Origin: Utricularia gibba | Lineage: Eukaryota > Plantae > Magnoliophyta | Assembly: GCA_002189035.1 (NCBI GenBank) | Contig: NEEC01000002.1 | Location: 6,634,001 to 6,698,000 of the forward strand | Direction of reading: 5' to 3' | Length of the DNA stretch: 64,000 nt | Part shown: in pieces, positions 1 to 13,763 of the stretch | Numbering within the stretch: position 1 is the first letter of the stretch | Layout: every line of letters starts with the position of its first letter | Position numbers and translations under genes: made by a program | The notes under the pieces: model-generated | The model's database searches: none | The model's input: only the letters and a program-made list of their open reading frames with translations | What the model was told of the DNA's origin: nothing

Positions 1-477
1 CCAGAAACTAAAGCTCTTTGTCAAAAGCTTAGATTGGACCATGTAGTCTCAGTTCAGCCATGAAAACCTGAATGAAAAGTTTTCATTCGATTTGGGAGCT
101 CATATTCAAATTTGTGCAATACGGACACCTCAGGGATTAGAACCATACATCATAAAATTCAGAACATTGTGATACATCAACTAAATTCAGAAGCTGTCCA
201 GCACCATGCCCGTTGCCAAAAAACTTGCAACTCCATGATAAATTGGAAATTATGGAGTCTTTTCACGTAATTGTGGCTGTGTTGTTTTGATACAATAATA
301 AAAAAAAAGATAATACATAGAAGATTTTTGTTACATATTTTTGAAACCTAAAGCACAAAACTTTGATAGCTGAGAGAACAAACTGAATGTAGGCTCTCCT
401 CTCCAATTCATGTAAGTTCTACATGCTGACAGGTCATATACGAGCACAGCATAAATATGGCTGGCCGGTTGGCTTTT

Positions 478-3400
478 TCATGAGCCAGATGATGAAACAG
501 ACTTCAATCCCAGTTGCACGTTTTCGAGGCAAGCTACGAGGTCGCGGTATTCTTCTGTGTCCTTAAAGTTCTCAGCCTGTCTGATGGAACTCTTCAAATG
601 CATCTCCGCAGCGAACAGTTCTCTGCGGCTGGAGCCACGGGAAGCAAGAGCATGATAAACTTTGCAAAGCTCCAAAGAAGAGTGCGCAAACTTTGTGAAA
701 CGATCCTTATCGTTCCATAGATTGGTCCCCTGGTAGGATCTCACCTGTTTTAGGAGAGCTTCTGCACACATAGCAAGATCTCCCGTCAGCTTGTGCCACC
801 TTGCATAAAGTCCCCATGTCTCTGCTGTTCCACCACTCTGAATGATCTGCTTTAAGATTCTCCCTAGCGTATCTACCATTCGCTGGGCCTCCCCATCAAT
901 CAGGGGTTCGAATTCGGAGCAGCTTGCTTTGGTCCCATGAACCAAATTTGAGTTGACGTTCACACGTTCAGAGTGCCTGCTATCACCATTCACCAAGGGA
1001 TGCTGATCAGCAGGAGTTGAAACTCTGGTTTCAACCGCCAGCATTATTCTCTCGAGAAGAACGGTGTCGATTCTCTTCTTCTTAGTCATATCTAGTACTT
1101 TTTGCATGGCTTCCATGGCCTGGCCAAAGTTTCCAACATCAGCAGCGACATGGCTAAAATTTTCCCACATTTCCCAGCTATCTCGCTTCAGTTTTAATGC
1201 CTCCTTGAAAGCAATAAAAGCCTCCTTGTTTCTCTTTTTGATCATATGTAAGCAAGCGATATTATTCCACGCCTCCCCATTATCAGGATCTAGTTGCACT
1301 GAACGTGTAAAAGCATCCAGTGCCTTGTCAACGTCCTTGGACTTCAAGGCAGCAGCCCCAAGTGCAAACCAGCCATTCGGATACATGGAATTCAGAGCCA
1401 ATGCAGACTCAAATAACGCCTTTGCTTTGTCATACTCACCTCGATTGTATGCTGAGCGCGCAAGAGAGTGGAATGCTCGAGCAGATCGATTTCCAGAGAC
1501 CTCCAGGGCTTTCTCAAAATAGGTATCATTAAACGTGACATCACCAAGTGAACACCACAACCTGGGGTCTAATGGCTTCTCCAACAGACGCTTCTTAATG
1601 AGTTCAACAGCTGCTGGTTTCTTATCCATCAACTTGTAACAAAGAATTAGATCATCCCACAGCTCAAGATCCTCGTAAATTCTAATAGCTTCCCCTATCA
1701 AGCCAATACTGACTAAAAGATGACCATGTTCCCTGCATGAACATTTGGATGTCAGTCATTCAACGAAGAACTGACTATGCAGCAACAAACATATTTCATG
1801 GTTGTTATTGCAAGCTTTACAAAGAAAAAATATGAGGGATGTAGTTGCATACTTGCGCAGTAAAGGAATCAATGGCATGCTAACTCCAAAAGAGTAAAAT
1901 AATCTTTCAGCACAAGCAGGAGGTTGACATCGTACTCTTTCTACCTACATGATGAAAGTCCTAGATTAGAAAGAGCCATACAAGCAAATGGTGGTCCATA
2001 ATGCAATACTGCAAAATATAAGTACCAAGTTATCCATCATCAATAGTGCACGCTCCTTTGTTCTTCCACGGCTGGATTCCCATCGAATACGCAATATGTT
2101 GCAGAAACATTCAATCTACAATTTAAAATGTTAGAATTGCTAACATGGGAAGCTCATTCGAAAGTCAGGAAAAATGACCACACAACAAAAAAGGGGAAAA
2201 AATAACTACAAAAATTTAAGTTCCAATTCCCCCAAAGAAATGTGTTTGGCCATCATGCATAAATCACGTAACATCATGGACATCAGCAATTCTGCCCAGT
2301 CTTAGAAGTTTGCTGAAGTCAGATTTATGGAGATGGTGACAATAAAATTAATACGTCATGAAAACCAAAAGTTTCCTTGATGAAAATTAAGGTTAATTTT
2401 CACTTACCATGAAAGGAGATGAATTCTGTGAATCAATAGCCTCAATATATGGAGCCAACTCCCATTCTGGAACAAAGTTGACCCATTAGACCATCAATTA
2501 TATGTATAGATTAAGATAATAGCCATGCCATAAATAAGATGTGACATCTGCCATGAGAGCATTCTCATGCAAAGCTCACTCAGAACTTGGAAAATTTGGC
2601 ATAAAAGAATATGCAGCCTTAGGTAAAACTCAAAGACCGAACAGCAGAGAGGTTAAGACAGTTGCGGCAAACTCTTTAGATTTTCAATATGTAAGAAAGC
2701 ATGAACACCACAGTTTACCGAGGATCCAAGCACATTCACATTGGAAAAAAAAAAGAAGAGAACATGCAAGAGATTTCAGCAAAAAAAATATATAGCATAC
2801 TTTGCAACTCATCACTACGAGCATCTTTCTCTATACAGAGACAATGAGCCAGAACAATTGCCTGGTGCACAGCCTTCAACTGAGAGGGTACAATAGAAGT
2901 GTTTTCGATATCCAGCTCTGCAGTTGACAAATCTTCTGAATCTCTCACAAATCTAGGTGTAACTAGAATATCAGATGCTTCATCTGTATCAGAAGATTTT
3001 TGACGTGAAGGGTTATCAGGGATGCCTACAGGACTGCTAATGGGTGCATCAGTGCGTCCAGATTTTACTCGTGTGACAAGGCGAAGCTGAGCTTTTGGTT
3101 CTGTCTACAAAGATAAAACATGGCGCTTTGCAGTGAAAAAGATTAAAACGTAACTTCACTCAGCAGAGAGAAACCTGATACCTGATGCCTAGTCCGAAAT
3201 CCAAGAGCTCCACTAACAAAACAATCGTAATTTGAAAACTTTGCAGCAGAGTCTAGATGATTCCTAGACACCAGAATCAAAGAACGCTAATCAAAAAACC
3301 AAATGTAAAATGTGATAAGAGAGCCATGGTTAAATAATTAAGTCAGGCACCCAAAAACATCATTCATTCATGAACAGAAACCAACAGGTAATAAATCTAT

Positions 3401-4943
3401 TTGAAGGAAAAAGAATAAGAATCAATTGAGAAAGATCGCTTCCTCCAGACACAAACATCAACTAGAAACCCACAACTCTCGTGAATACTGTACACAGCAC
3501 ATAAGTCAATGGTTCACTGAAGTAAACCTGCATATAATTAGGGCATGTATGAGAATGACTCACTTGAAACTGTCTATTCGTCCATAGTATAGATCCACAA
3601 TGCCCTTTTCTAGATGCAGCATTGACAGAATAGATGCGGAGTCTTCATTCTCTTGCCAGTAATCTTCTATTTTCTCTACTGTTCCGAGACACATCACGCT
3701 TTCATGCATATAAACTTGCAGAAGATCAAACAGAGATGATGAACGCTCATCCAGCAGCTTCTGCTGTATAAACAAAGCCCTGGCAAGCCACCATGTGATA
3801 CTTCTCACTCCATCTATTACAGAAATGCTCCCTTCATATACAAAATCTCTTGTTCTCATCAGCAAAGTCTTTGCAACGATCAGATACTATCGGCAATGGA
3901 GTAAGAGGAAGAGAGTACCAAAATTAGATAACATGCAAAATGGACGGCAGATACAAGCTTCGGTTTGAAACTTTAGCAAAAATTACATTATTCTTTGAAT
4001 ATATCACTAAAAAAAACAACAATTGAGTTTCAAAAAGGCCGTTTCTTCTTGCACTTTCACTCATTGAAAAATGAACTAAAAAGCGACTGAAATTACCTGA
4101 AAGTTAGAGAACTTCGCACAAAAGTCTGAGCCAACAGGCAAGATCTCCTTACATGCCCATTCTTCCCAATCGAACCAATTAGAGCATTCTGCTTCATCTT
4201 TCGAACTCACTAGTTCCTCAAATGGCATTAAAGGAAGATTATCAACTGGCCTATCATGAAGATGCAAACAAAGAAAATGATGTCCAATTGGCTCGAAGTT
4301 CGCTCTCATTCCATGCTACTGGCACGTTAGGACAGAAAACGCATAAAAGCCTTGAAAAGACTGTGTTCATGAATAGAAAAGTAGCATATAAAATGACAAA
4401 AGTACACTATCAAGTGATATATCTTTAAAGAACTTTTTTTTTCCACAGATTCTGGCACTCGAAATAAAAAGTTTAAACTGGACACCACCAACAATAAAAC
4501 TGATATATAAGCCGCAGGTGCCGGGATAACATGACTGACCCAGTGATATTGCATTGAGTAAAGGCAAGCAAAGCCGCAGTGCCTAAAGCCATCAAGATCA
4601 AAGCTTTATAACCCACTTTCAGAAAATCTTTGTTGCCATCAATACTCAGAAAGGCACTGACACACTCAGCGAGAGTCTCGTTGTAGAATATGCTGGCGGA
4701 ATCGGAGAAGCCAATTTTGACATTCGAAAATAGCGCAACGGAAGCGGAAGAGGAGGCGAGTGCTTTCCCATAGTCACCAGACTCGATAATGGACACAAGA
4801 GAGTTCAAGAGGGAGTAAAGCTCAAAAAACTCCGCAGAACAGCAATCAGCACTAGGCTTCCCCGGAGGACACTCAAGCGGTATTGTACAGCGAAGGAGGC
4901 GGAGCTCCAGAGAGCGAAGAAGAGCGCCGTCCTTTGCCGCCAT
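478..4943 (-). CDS. TTC27: Tetratricopeptide repeat protein 27 homolog (multi-exon)
   Basis: First exon MAAKDGALLRSLELRLLRC (ATG 4943); internal exon 3560-3865 (VRSITWWLARALFIQQKLLDERSSSLFDLLQVY); large last exon to TGA at 478 with TPR repeats (GWFALGAAALK, AFTRSVQLDPDNGEAWNNIACLH). GT/AG introns between. Confidence 0.9.
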
Positions 4944-6167
4944 TAGTCCACTACGTCTCTACCAGAAGGCCAGTTCTCTTATGGTTCATGCAGTGGCAAC
5001 CATCTTTCGTCCCCTACGAAGCTTTTAGGGCAAAAACTCACGCCCACGGAACATCCATAGCTCGCGATTCTTCCGGTGTCCAGAATCCTTTCTCCGTACA
5101 GGCGCCAAGCAAGACATCTTTATTCCCGGGCCCAGGACAAAAGCCCCATAATCCGCCATCTGAATCTTCAAGAGCCCAATGGGCCAGTAAGTAGTTTGGA
5201 CGGTTTGAGGTAAGGCCCATAATTCTTAGCAACCCGTTCGGCACAGGCCCAGTTCCATACTCTACAAAGATGCATTAGGCCCAGAAAGATCTAGGCGTGG
5301 ACTGTATCATACTTGTTCTATACACGTGTCAGCATTACTTAGGTACTCAATAATTGATAATTTAATGTTTTGAAATGAGATTAACATTTAAATTTATGAT
5401 CGTTCTACATTCAATTTAGAATTGGACCTAAAGTCTGAAATTTCCGTAGATATCAAATTCTATTAAATTAAAGATATATATATCACATTGATTAGGAATA
5501 CAAACGAAATACGTTTAAATAGAGAAATATTTTTATTTTTAAATGAATAATGTAATCTATTATTAAAAACGTAAAATTATAATAATTAAGTAATACGTGC
5601 CTCAAATGCTTGGAGGCGTCCGACCCGACCCGACCCGTCCGTACATCAAGTCTCAACCTAACAAAGATACCAAAGATTGATAGATAGACGTAATAGAGGC
5701 GTATTCCCATTTACTTCATGAGAGTACACTTCGTTGGGTTGGGTTGGGTGGGTAGATGGGGCAATTTAATAGTGGGTCCCATCCAACGTGTGGACCCCAT
5801 GCTTCTAGTTTGGTAGGTGGGAGGAGGACTGGTATCATTATTACAAGTGAGCTTATGGTTGTTGAATTTTCTGATGTTATTTACTATTTTTTTCATTCGT
5901 TGAAAGAGATTTGAATTAAATAAAAGTAATAAGCGACTAATCCTTTTTTTAAAATAAAAAAACATTACATGTGTTTAATAAATGATTACTTTTTAATTAA
6001 AAATAATTAGTTTTTCAAAATAATATTTAAAAATGAATATTTTTATTTTATTTTATAAAGTGCGTGGATTAGAAAAAACGGGATGCGTCGTCACCGGCTA
6101 GCTACTAGCTATAAAAAAGATGGGTGAAATAGGGAGTGTAAGGTCTGTGTTACTGTGATCGGCGGCA

Positions 6168-7362
6168 ATGGCGTCGAAGCCGAGGTGTATCAGCTTGACG
6201 GCGTCGAGGAGCCGATGCCTGAAGCTCTATTTCTCCCGATCGGGGCTACGCCCCACGACGACGGACTTGGGAGGAGGGACGGTAATGCACTGCTGGGTAC
6301 CGAGGAACCCGAACCCGACCCGAAGGAACGTGCTCCTGATCCACGGCTTTGGAGCCAACGCCTTGTGGCAATTCTGTGATGCTGTGCCGGGTCTGGTGGC
6401 CCGGTTCAATGTCTACGTCCCGGATTTGCTCTTCTTCGGGAAATCGTACTCGGCGGAGAGTGACCGGAGCGAGGGGTTTCAGGCGCGGTGCGTGAAGCGG
6501 GTGATGGAGGCGAACAAGGTGGAGAAGATGGCGGTGGTGGGTCTGAGCTACGGGGGTTTGTGGCGTATAGTATGGCGAGCCAGTTTCCTGAGAGCGTGGA
6601 AAAGGTAGTGATCTGCTGCGCTGGAGTTTGTTTGGAGGAGAAGGATTTGACGGAGGGGCTGTTCATGGTGTCCACTGTAGACGAGGCGGCGGGGCTGTTG
6701 ATGCCCAAGACGGTGGAGAATCTCAGGGAGCTCATGAGGCTCACTTTCTACAAGTTCCCCAAATCCATCCCCTCTTTCATCCTCGAGGACTTCATTGAGG
6801 TCAGCAGCCGACACCTCTGATCCAACCATCCACCTCGCATTTCGAATCACTCGAAATCCGGTAAATTCATATCCTACTCTACAACGGTAAATTCTACAGG
6901 AAATGTGCGTTCAATACGTACAGGAGAAATCGGAGCTGCTTCACGCCATTGCACGGGGTAGAAAGCTCTCAGAGCTTCCCAAGATATCTCAGGTCAACTG
7001 AACCCATCACATCCCTTCTACATAAACGTGCGGCTTCCGAAGGTGAAGCGCGTTAACTGTTTCCTGTCATTTGCAGCCAACTCTGATAATGTGGGGTGAC
7101 AAAGACCAGGTTTTTCCAATGGAATTGGCCCACCGATTGGAAAGGTCGAGATTAAGCAGCATTCTAACAGGTTGTGGAATTATTTACCTTTTTTCCGGCG
7201 TTTACTGGTTGGTTGTGCAGGCATTTGGGGGAGAACGCTGAGCTGGCCGTAATCAAGAAAGCAGGGCACGGCTTCTTTCTGGAGAAGCCAAGACAATTCA
7301 ACCGCCGCCTGAAAGCATTTCTTGAGGCTACCACCACCGCCCCTGCCGCCTTGAAGGCCTGA
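6168..7362 (+). CDS. Alpha/beta-hydrolase fold protein (ABHD6/epoxide-hydrolase-like); apparent 1-bp frameshift at 6552-6559
   Basis: LLIHGFG oxyanion motif, GLSYGG nucleophile elbow, later exons PTLIMWGDKDQVFP and AGHGFF (Asp, His). Exons about 6168-6799, 6900-6992, 7077-7144, 7221-7362. Adding one base to GGGGGTTT restores SYGGFVAY. Confidence 0.85.
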
Positions 7363-7701
7363 AACCAACGGCAGAGCGGGGTTTTAGTCCGCCGCAGTTA
7401 AGACTCCGCTGGAAGTTGATTGTATTATTGGCGATGCACTTAACGCCACCGTTTTCATTTTTCTTGTTGTTTTAAAAAGAAAAAGTTAATAATCGTTAAT
7501 TAGCTAATTAATTCCAATCTTCCAACATTAACCATTAATTAACAGATAAATTAAGAAAATTACATTAAAAAAAAAAAAGAAAACAGCAGGGGTCCCTAAT
7601 GTTGAGGCTGCCGGTAGGGAGATCGGATTTCATGGTATATATAGGCTATGTGACGCAGGAAACACAAAGTCCCAGCGAATCTGTTCCATGTTTTTGGTTG
7701 T

Positions 7702-10183
7702 TTATACCAAGTAGGAAGACATGAGGCTCCAGCTAGTTTTCATGTGAAAAGGCATTTCTGCTACAAACCTCAGCAAATCAGGCTGCAATCCAGCTTCTGC
7801 TGCTGCATCTCTCTTCACTTGCTTTCTGTTGTGGAGTTGAACGAACTTTGATATATTGGGCAGCACCATTTCCCTGCAATGGAGATGAAGAAGGGGAACT
7901 TTGGACAGCACGCTACCTTTCTGAACTTGCAGACCCTCAGGGCGCCTCAGCTTGTAGGGTGCTCCGGTCGTCGGCTCGTAATCGACTCTCGGCGTTTGCT
8001 TCCATCTGCTATGGACGAACCATCCATATCTGTAGTCTCCAACGATCGGAGTACCGAGAGCTTCTGCACAATGGACCCTTAGCTGCCGGAGGAGGAAGGC
8101 AGTGTGAATCTCAAGTTCATGTGAAGTTGCATTCATTGGAACAGGGGATTAGAATTGACTGAGGATGATGGGGGGCTATTTGATGTTCTGTTACCTGATG
8201 TTTACATCTTGTATGTGGTCGCAGCTCGATCCAAGAACATCCATTGATCGTTGGACCAAGTACACGGTACTCAGTCACGGCGGGTTGGGAAGAGTCCATC
8301 CCCAGATCATTGGCTAGGATTATTCTCTGTGTTTCTCCATCATCAAGGAGCAGCTGCCATCATAGAAATCAAATGATCCAGGGTAGAGCTAGTTCCTTGT
8401 GAAAAACTACTTGCTGAATTCAGAATTGCAAACCTTCGATAATGGTGCAGATATTAACCCTTCCTTATGTTTTGGTGAACCAATAACCAAAGCCCAATAC
8501 CTCTGATACATAGCATCGCAAGCATCACTCCACTCCTTTTGATTAACAAAAACGAAGTTTTAGCTGATTTGTAGCAAAAGATCAACCACAGGATTTATGT
8601 TTTAGAGCAGTCAAAGAGAGGGTCACAAAAAGCTCGAAAATCTCAGATCACAAGAAGCTCAAATACCTTGGACAAGGGTTTGGCTTTTTTAGTGTCACTG
8701 AACAACCACTGAAGATGAGAAATGCTTTCCTTTGTTCGTCCCATCAGCAGGAGGCCGCAACTCTCTCTGTCAAAGCGATGCACCTATAAGAATATTCACA
8801 AATAATCGACTATGATGAACTCATGCTTGCAATATTTTGGAAACATGTCATTTTGTGTTGGAAGAGTACTTGATTTTTCGTATGGACCAGATAAACATTA
8901 GCACAACACAAACGGCTACACCTATTACATAGTTTATGAAATTTGACTATATTGATCAGCTTTCTCTTCAACTTTCGCGTCAGATATCATTTATTCTTCA
9001 ATCCCAACTCCTCACATTATATATTCATCAAAAGTAGGCCTAGAGAAGCTCACCAATTTCGGACCCTCTGCCAAATCATATGACAATGCAGCAGCTGCCA
9101 TGGCATCCATGCTGTTAAGAACCGAAAGGTTCCCCTGGTTGCAGAGATAATGTCAAAGGAATCGACAGTATAATAAACACAAGATAAAAAGTATTGACGA
9201 TTCTAACCTTTAACGGAAACTTGGGGGCTTATTTAGAACAAGTATAGCAGGGTCCTGAGATTATAAGTTAAACTGATCAGCAATGATATCAATGCCATTT
9301 GAATGAAGTTCATGGCTGAGATTCTCAACAGTAGATATGGAGCTTTTTTTGTTTGCCATCAAAAATTATACCTCACAAAAATAGCTTACAAAAAAAAAAA
9401 CGTCGACCTATCATAAAAAACATGCCTTGTAATCCACAAGCCTCTGCAAATACTGAATCTCATCAGCATTCGGGTTAGCAGTTCCAACAGGTATAACATC
9501 AAACCTCTTCGATGGTCTACTTTCAGCCACAGTAACGGGGACATGAACTCTCGAACCACCTTCCATGATATGTTTTCCTCCAATCTACATATTAAATGTC
9601 TCGATAATGAAAATTTCAATCTGTATATCTATGTAGTACGCATAAGAATGCAAGGTGAAAGCAATAACTGCAGCCAGTGTATGTCTTGACTCCTGTAGCT
9701 TGCAACCGTCAATAAGTTAAGCATCATTACCTTCTCCAATGACCTTGACCTTCCAGTGCAATCTCCCATAGAATCTACTGAACCCCGACATTCAATCTGA
9801 ACCTGCTAAGCCAAAGAAAACGGGGAATACTAATAGCAGAGAATTTGAAACGAGTAGCATAAGATGAAAAATGAGAGGACACCCACGAGGCCTTTCTTAA
9901 AATAATCCTGAATAACTGGAGGAGGGATGTCTTTGAAGTAATATTGGAGCCAACTTAGAGCAGTAACATGTCCAGTTGACGTTGACCTTCGGCCCGGCAA
10001 GGGGTGCCCTGGAAATGCAGGTAAAGATAGCAACTGCCGAGGCTTTGCGTCCTGTTTCCGCTGGCCCAAACGAGCAATATTGTTCGACACCCGAATTATA
10101 GGCTCTGCAGTAGCCGGCGGTGGTGGGCGAATCTTCGATCTCGGCCGGCAGGTGGCAGTCTGGCTGAGGAGCCTATTCCGCAT
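7702..10183 (-). CDS. RNA pseudouridine synthase (RluA family), mitochondrial type (multi-exon)
   Basis: N-terminus MRNRLLSQ...EPIIRVSNNIARLG...KPRQLLSLPAFPGHPLPG resembles plant RNA pseudouridine synthase 3. C-terminal exons contain CSWIELRPHT..KHQ, LRVHCAEALGTPIVGDYRYG and LHLHCREMVLP. Confidence 0.88.
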
Positions 10184-10700
10184 AAACACGAGCCGTGAAA
10201 CAGCAAACTATTCCAAAAGTTCAACATGAAGGCATTTACGCGAACACGTCGCGCGCGTGATTATCATCCTCAAATATCAATACAGAATAGAAGAAAATGC
10301 ATCCGTGTCGCTTCTACATCAAAATTCTCCAAGAACGCTGAGGCAAACCATGGTGAGGACGACGACCAACATAGGTTACCAGTTACCTGGATTGAACCAA
10401 ACGCAGACTGTTGGAATGGGCCCGTTTTGAGTACTTTGTTATGTAGCCCATTTATTATCTCTGTTGGCAACCCAACACACCTCGGCCCGGCCCAAAAAAC
10501 GCATATGAACTATTAATCCCCTATTCCATTTATATGAACAATTAGAAGCACTCTTCAAATTCTTCATGTTTGGAATTTTCAAATTTAGGTAGTATTTTCT
10601 TGATGTTGGAATTTTCAATTCTTCATAGCATGTGGATATAATTTAAATCCTTTTTTATTTTAAAGCAATTTTGTTGTTTTGATTGTTCGAGGTTTAAAGA

Positions 10701-10957
10701 TTGATTGATGGGAGTAGGATAAAAAAAAATTATTTATTTGAGTTTAAATAAAATTAATATAGAGGAATTAATTTTTTATACAACTTTAGTTAATGAAATA
10801 AGAATTGGTATTAATTAAAATAAAAGGATACTGTTTTAAAAAAACGCGTAAATAGAATTAAAAAAATTCACATAATCTCAAATTTATTTAAATTTATAAA
10901 ATAAACATTATATTATTTATAATATTACCTCAAAATCCATCTAATCCCATCAATCAA
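10701..10957. mobile_element. Candidate degenerate MITE (Tourist/PIF-like)
   Basis: 17-bp inverted repeat TTGATTGATGGGAGTAG (10701-10717) vs CTAATCCCATCAATCAA (10941-10957), 16/17 match, enclosing AT-rich DNA. No clear TSD. Confidence 0.35.
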
Positions 10958-11511
10958 ATGCTATTTATGGTTATATGATTCTAAAATGCAAGTTCCATTC
11001 AAAACAACTCATGTTTGATTAATTTAATATTTTTTAATTCAAGATATTCATTGTAGCACGTGTATCATGAGTCACGCATCAATTTTTTTTATTTATCAAA
11101 GAGATTTTCTTTTATTTTTTTAAAGATATACTTAATTAAAACTATCGATATTGAATATTACCTAATTTATATAATTTTTTAAAGCAGTTAATGAATTAAT
11201 TATTCGATAATATGAATATAAATCCTCAAGTACATAGTTACTTGCAACCGTATCATTGGTATCGAGTACACAAAACAACTACGTTCGTCTGGATAATTAT
11301 CCTAAACTATTTTATTAATAAATGATTACAAAAATAACTAATTTGTTTATCTAAAAAAAATGTGTGGATAAGGCAAATTTAATTATAATATTTTAAATAG
11401 GGCGCCATAATTGAAAAATCATGCATTTTCTAAGAGACATTTCAAACAAGAGGATTGGTGTGCATGTGTATATATATCTCCAGTTTGCGCGACGATCAAC
11501 TACAGATTCCG

Positions 11512-12677
11512 ATGGCTTCCAGTCTACGTGTCTTCGTTCTTGTCCTAACAGCCGCCGCTCTTTTTGCTTTCTCAGGTTTTGTTTCGTGGAATGTAATGCT
11601 TTAGTATCATAACTTGAGTCCTCATTTTGTTGGTAAGAATGAGTTTTTTGGCATGGCAGATGCTCAGATCGGCGCCGCGTACGGGAGGAATGGAAACAAC
11701 CTGCCGTCGGCGGCGGACATCGTGCGTCACTACAACAACAATGGGATTCGGCGGATGAGGATCTACGACCCCGCCCAGGATACCCTAAACGCGCTTCGTG
11801 GTTCCAACATCGAGCTCACAGTTGGGGTGCCCAACTCCGACCTCCGGTCGATCGCCGGAAGCCAGGACGCAGCCAATTGGTGGGTTCGAAACAATATCCA
11901 GAACTACGGGAACGTTCTGTTCCGGTACATCGCTGTCGGAAACGAGGTAACTGATTTAGTGTTCACTTTTTTGACAACAACAGACTTGAAGACTTGCTTT
12001 TTTTCTGTCAACAGGTCAGCCCTCTTAGAGGGGATACTTCGCAGTACGTGCAATTCCTGCTCCCGGCCATGCAAAACATTCAGAACGCCATTAACGGCGC
12101 AGGGCTCGGCGGCCGGATCCGGGTCTCGACGGCCATTGAAACCGGACTGATCGGAAACTCTTACCCCCCGCAAGATGGGGCTTTCCGCAACGACGTCCTC
12201 TGGTTCATCACGCCCATCGTCCAGTTCTTATCAAGAAACAGCTCCCCGTTGCTCGCCAACGTATACCCCTACTTCTCATACATAAACAACAAGGCGCAGA
12301 TCAGCCTCCCCTACGCGCTGTTCACCTCCGACGGAGTCGTCGCTGGCGGCGTCAGGTACCAGAACTTGTTCTTCGCAATCTACGACTCCGTAGTCGCCGC
12401 CGTACAGAGGGTGGGCGGGAATGGAATGGACGTCGTTGTATCAGAGACTGGGTGGCCCTCGGCAGGCGGAGACACGACGAGCATTGATAACGCCAGGACT
12501 TATGCCACTAATCTGGTCCGCCGTGTCAACGACGGCACGCCGCTGCGTCCTGGTCGTCCGATTGAGACGTACATATTCACGATCGTGGATGAGAATCTGA
12601 AGAATCCAGAGGTCGAAAAGCATTGGGGCATCTTCTATAACAACTTGCAGCAGAAGTACCCCATCAGCTTTAGTTAA
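11512..12677 (+). CDS. Glucan endo-1,3-beta-glucosidase (GH17, PR-2-like), 3 exons
   Basis: Signal peptide exon 11512-11575; exon 11660-11946 (QIGAAYGRNGNNLP...YIAVGNE, acid/base Glu); exon 12015-12677 (LLANVYPYF, VVSETGWPSAG nucleophile, EKHWGIF). No C-terminal CBM43/GPI extension. Confidence 0.93.
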
Positions 12678-12950
12678 AGCTTATTACCCGTCTGTAATAA
12701 TTGGGACAAATAAATAAATGAAATGCTTCATGTCCCATTTTACAATAATAATAAATTCCTTTTTATTTCTGGTCTTTAATTATTTTATCATTTTGGGCCT
12801 TTTCAAATTTATATCATATTCACAGAAAAGCACCAGCCTAGGCCCAATCAAGTTCACACCCTTTTCCTAAAAAAAAAATTAAATAAATAACATAGTTTAC
12901 AAACATATAAGTTTTATTTTCTGATTAAATAAACAAATATATAAGTTTTA

Positions 12951-13287
12951 GGGTTCAATGTTTGATAATATAGCATAATTAATAATATATATGAAACATT
13001 TATATTTAAATAGATATGTATTATAAGGTTAATATTAAAATTTGTTTGATACTTGAATTTTAAATATGTATGTTTAAAATGATATTATGTATTGGGAAAT
13101 GTGTTAAAATAAATATATTATAAATTGGATTATTTAGTAAAATCCATCTAAAAGTTGAGTTTTAAAATATTTAATTTTATTTATTTTTTAATTTTTAGTA
13201 ATTTGTAAGACGCTTGTATATTGTTAAAATAGTCTATTAAACATATACAGATACTTAAACAGTAAAACCAATATACCAAACATGCTC
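12951..13287. mobile_element. Candidate degenerate Tourist-like MITE
   Basis: Right end CCAAACATGCTC followed by TAA; left end GGGTTCAATGTTTGA preceded by TTA. Arms imperfect and the flanking trinucleotides are not identical. Confidence 0.25.
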
Positions 13288-13763
13288 TAAAAGAAATACT
13301 AACTAATTCATTATGGATAATGATAGATAAATTGAGATTTAAGTGATAAAAATGATTAAAATATTCTAAAAATCAATAAATGTAAAGTATGATATTTATG
13401 AATTAAATTTGTTATTAATTTTTTAAGAAAATCCTCAGTATCATATATTTTGACAATAAAAATAATTGGTTCTTGATTACGGAGTTATTAAATGACAACT
13501 TTGCCCTGGTAATAATTTTGCATATTTTAAAATATTATCTCCTCCCAGTAAATTAATGACGATGAAATTATTAATTCTAATATTTAAAATATATTTTTTA
13601 ATTTAATTGACTATCGAAAAAAATATTTTGATTAATTTACGAATATAATTGCGATTTTGCACCGCCCACCGCCAGCTGAGTCCCTGTAAAAACGGAAAGC
13701 CCTATGTTTCTCAAGACCACCTGACTTCCCCATCACCGGAATCCCCGCGGTGGCCGCAGAAAA

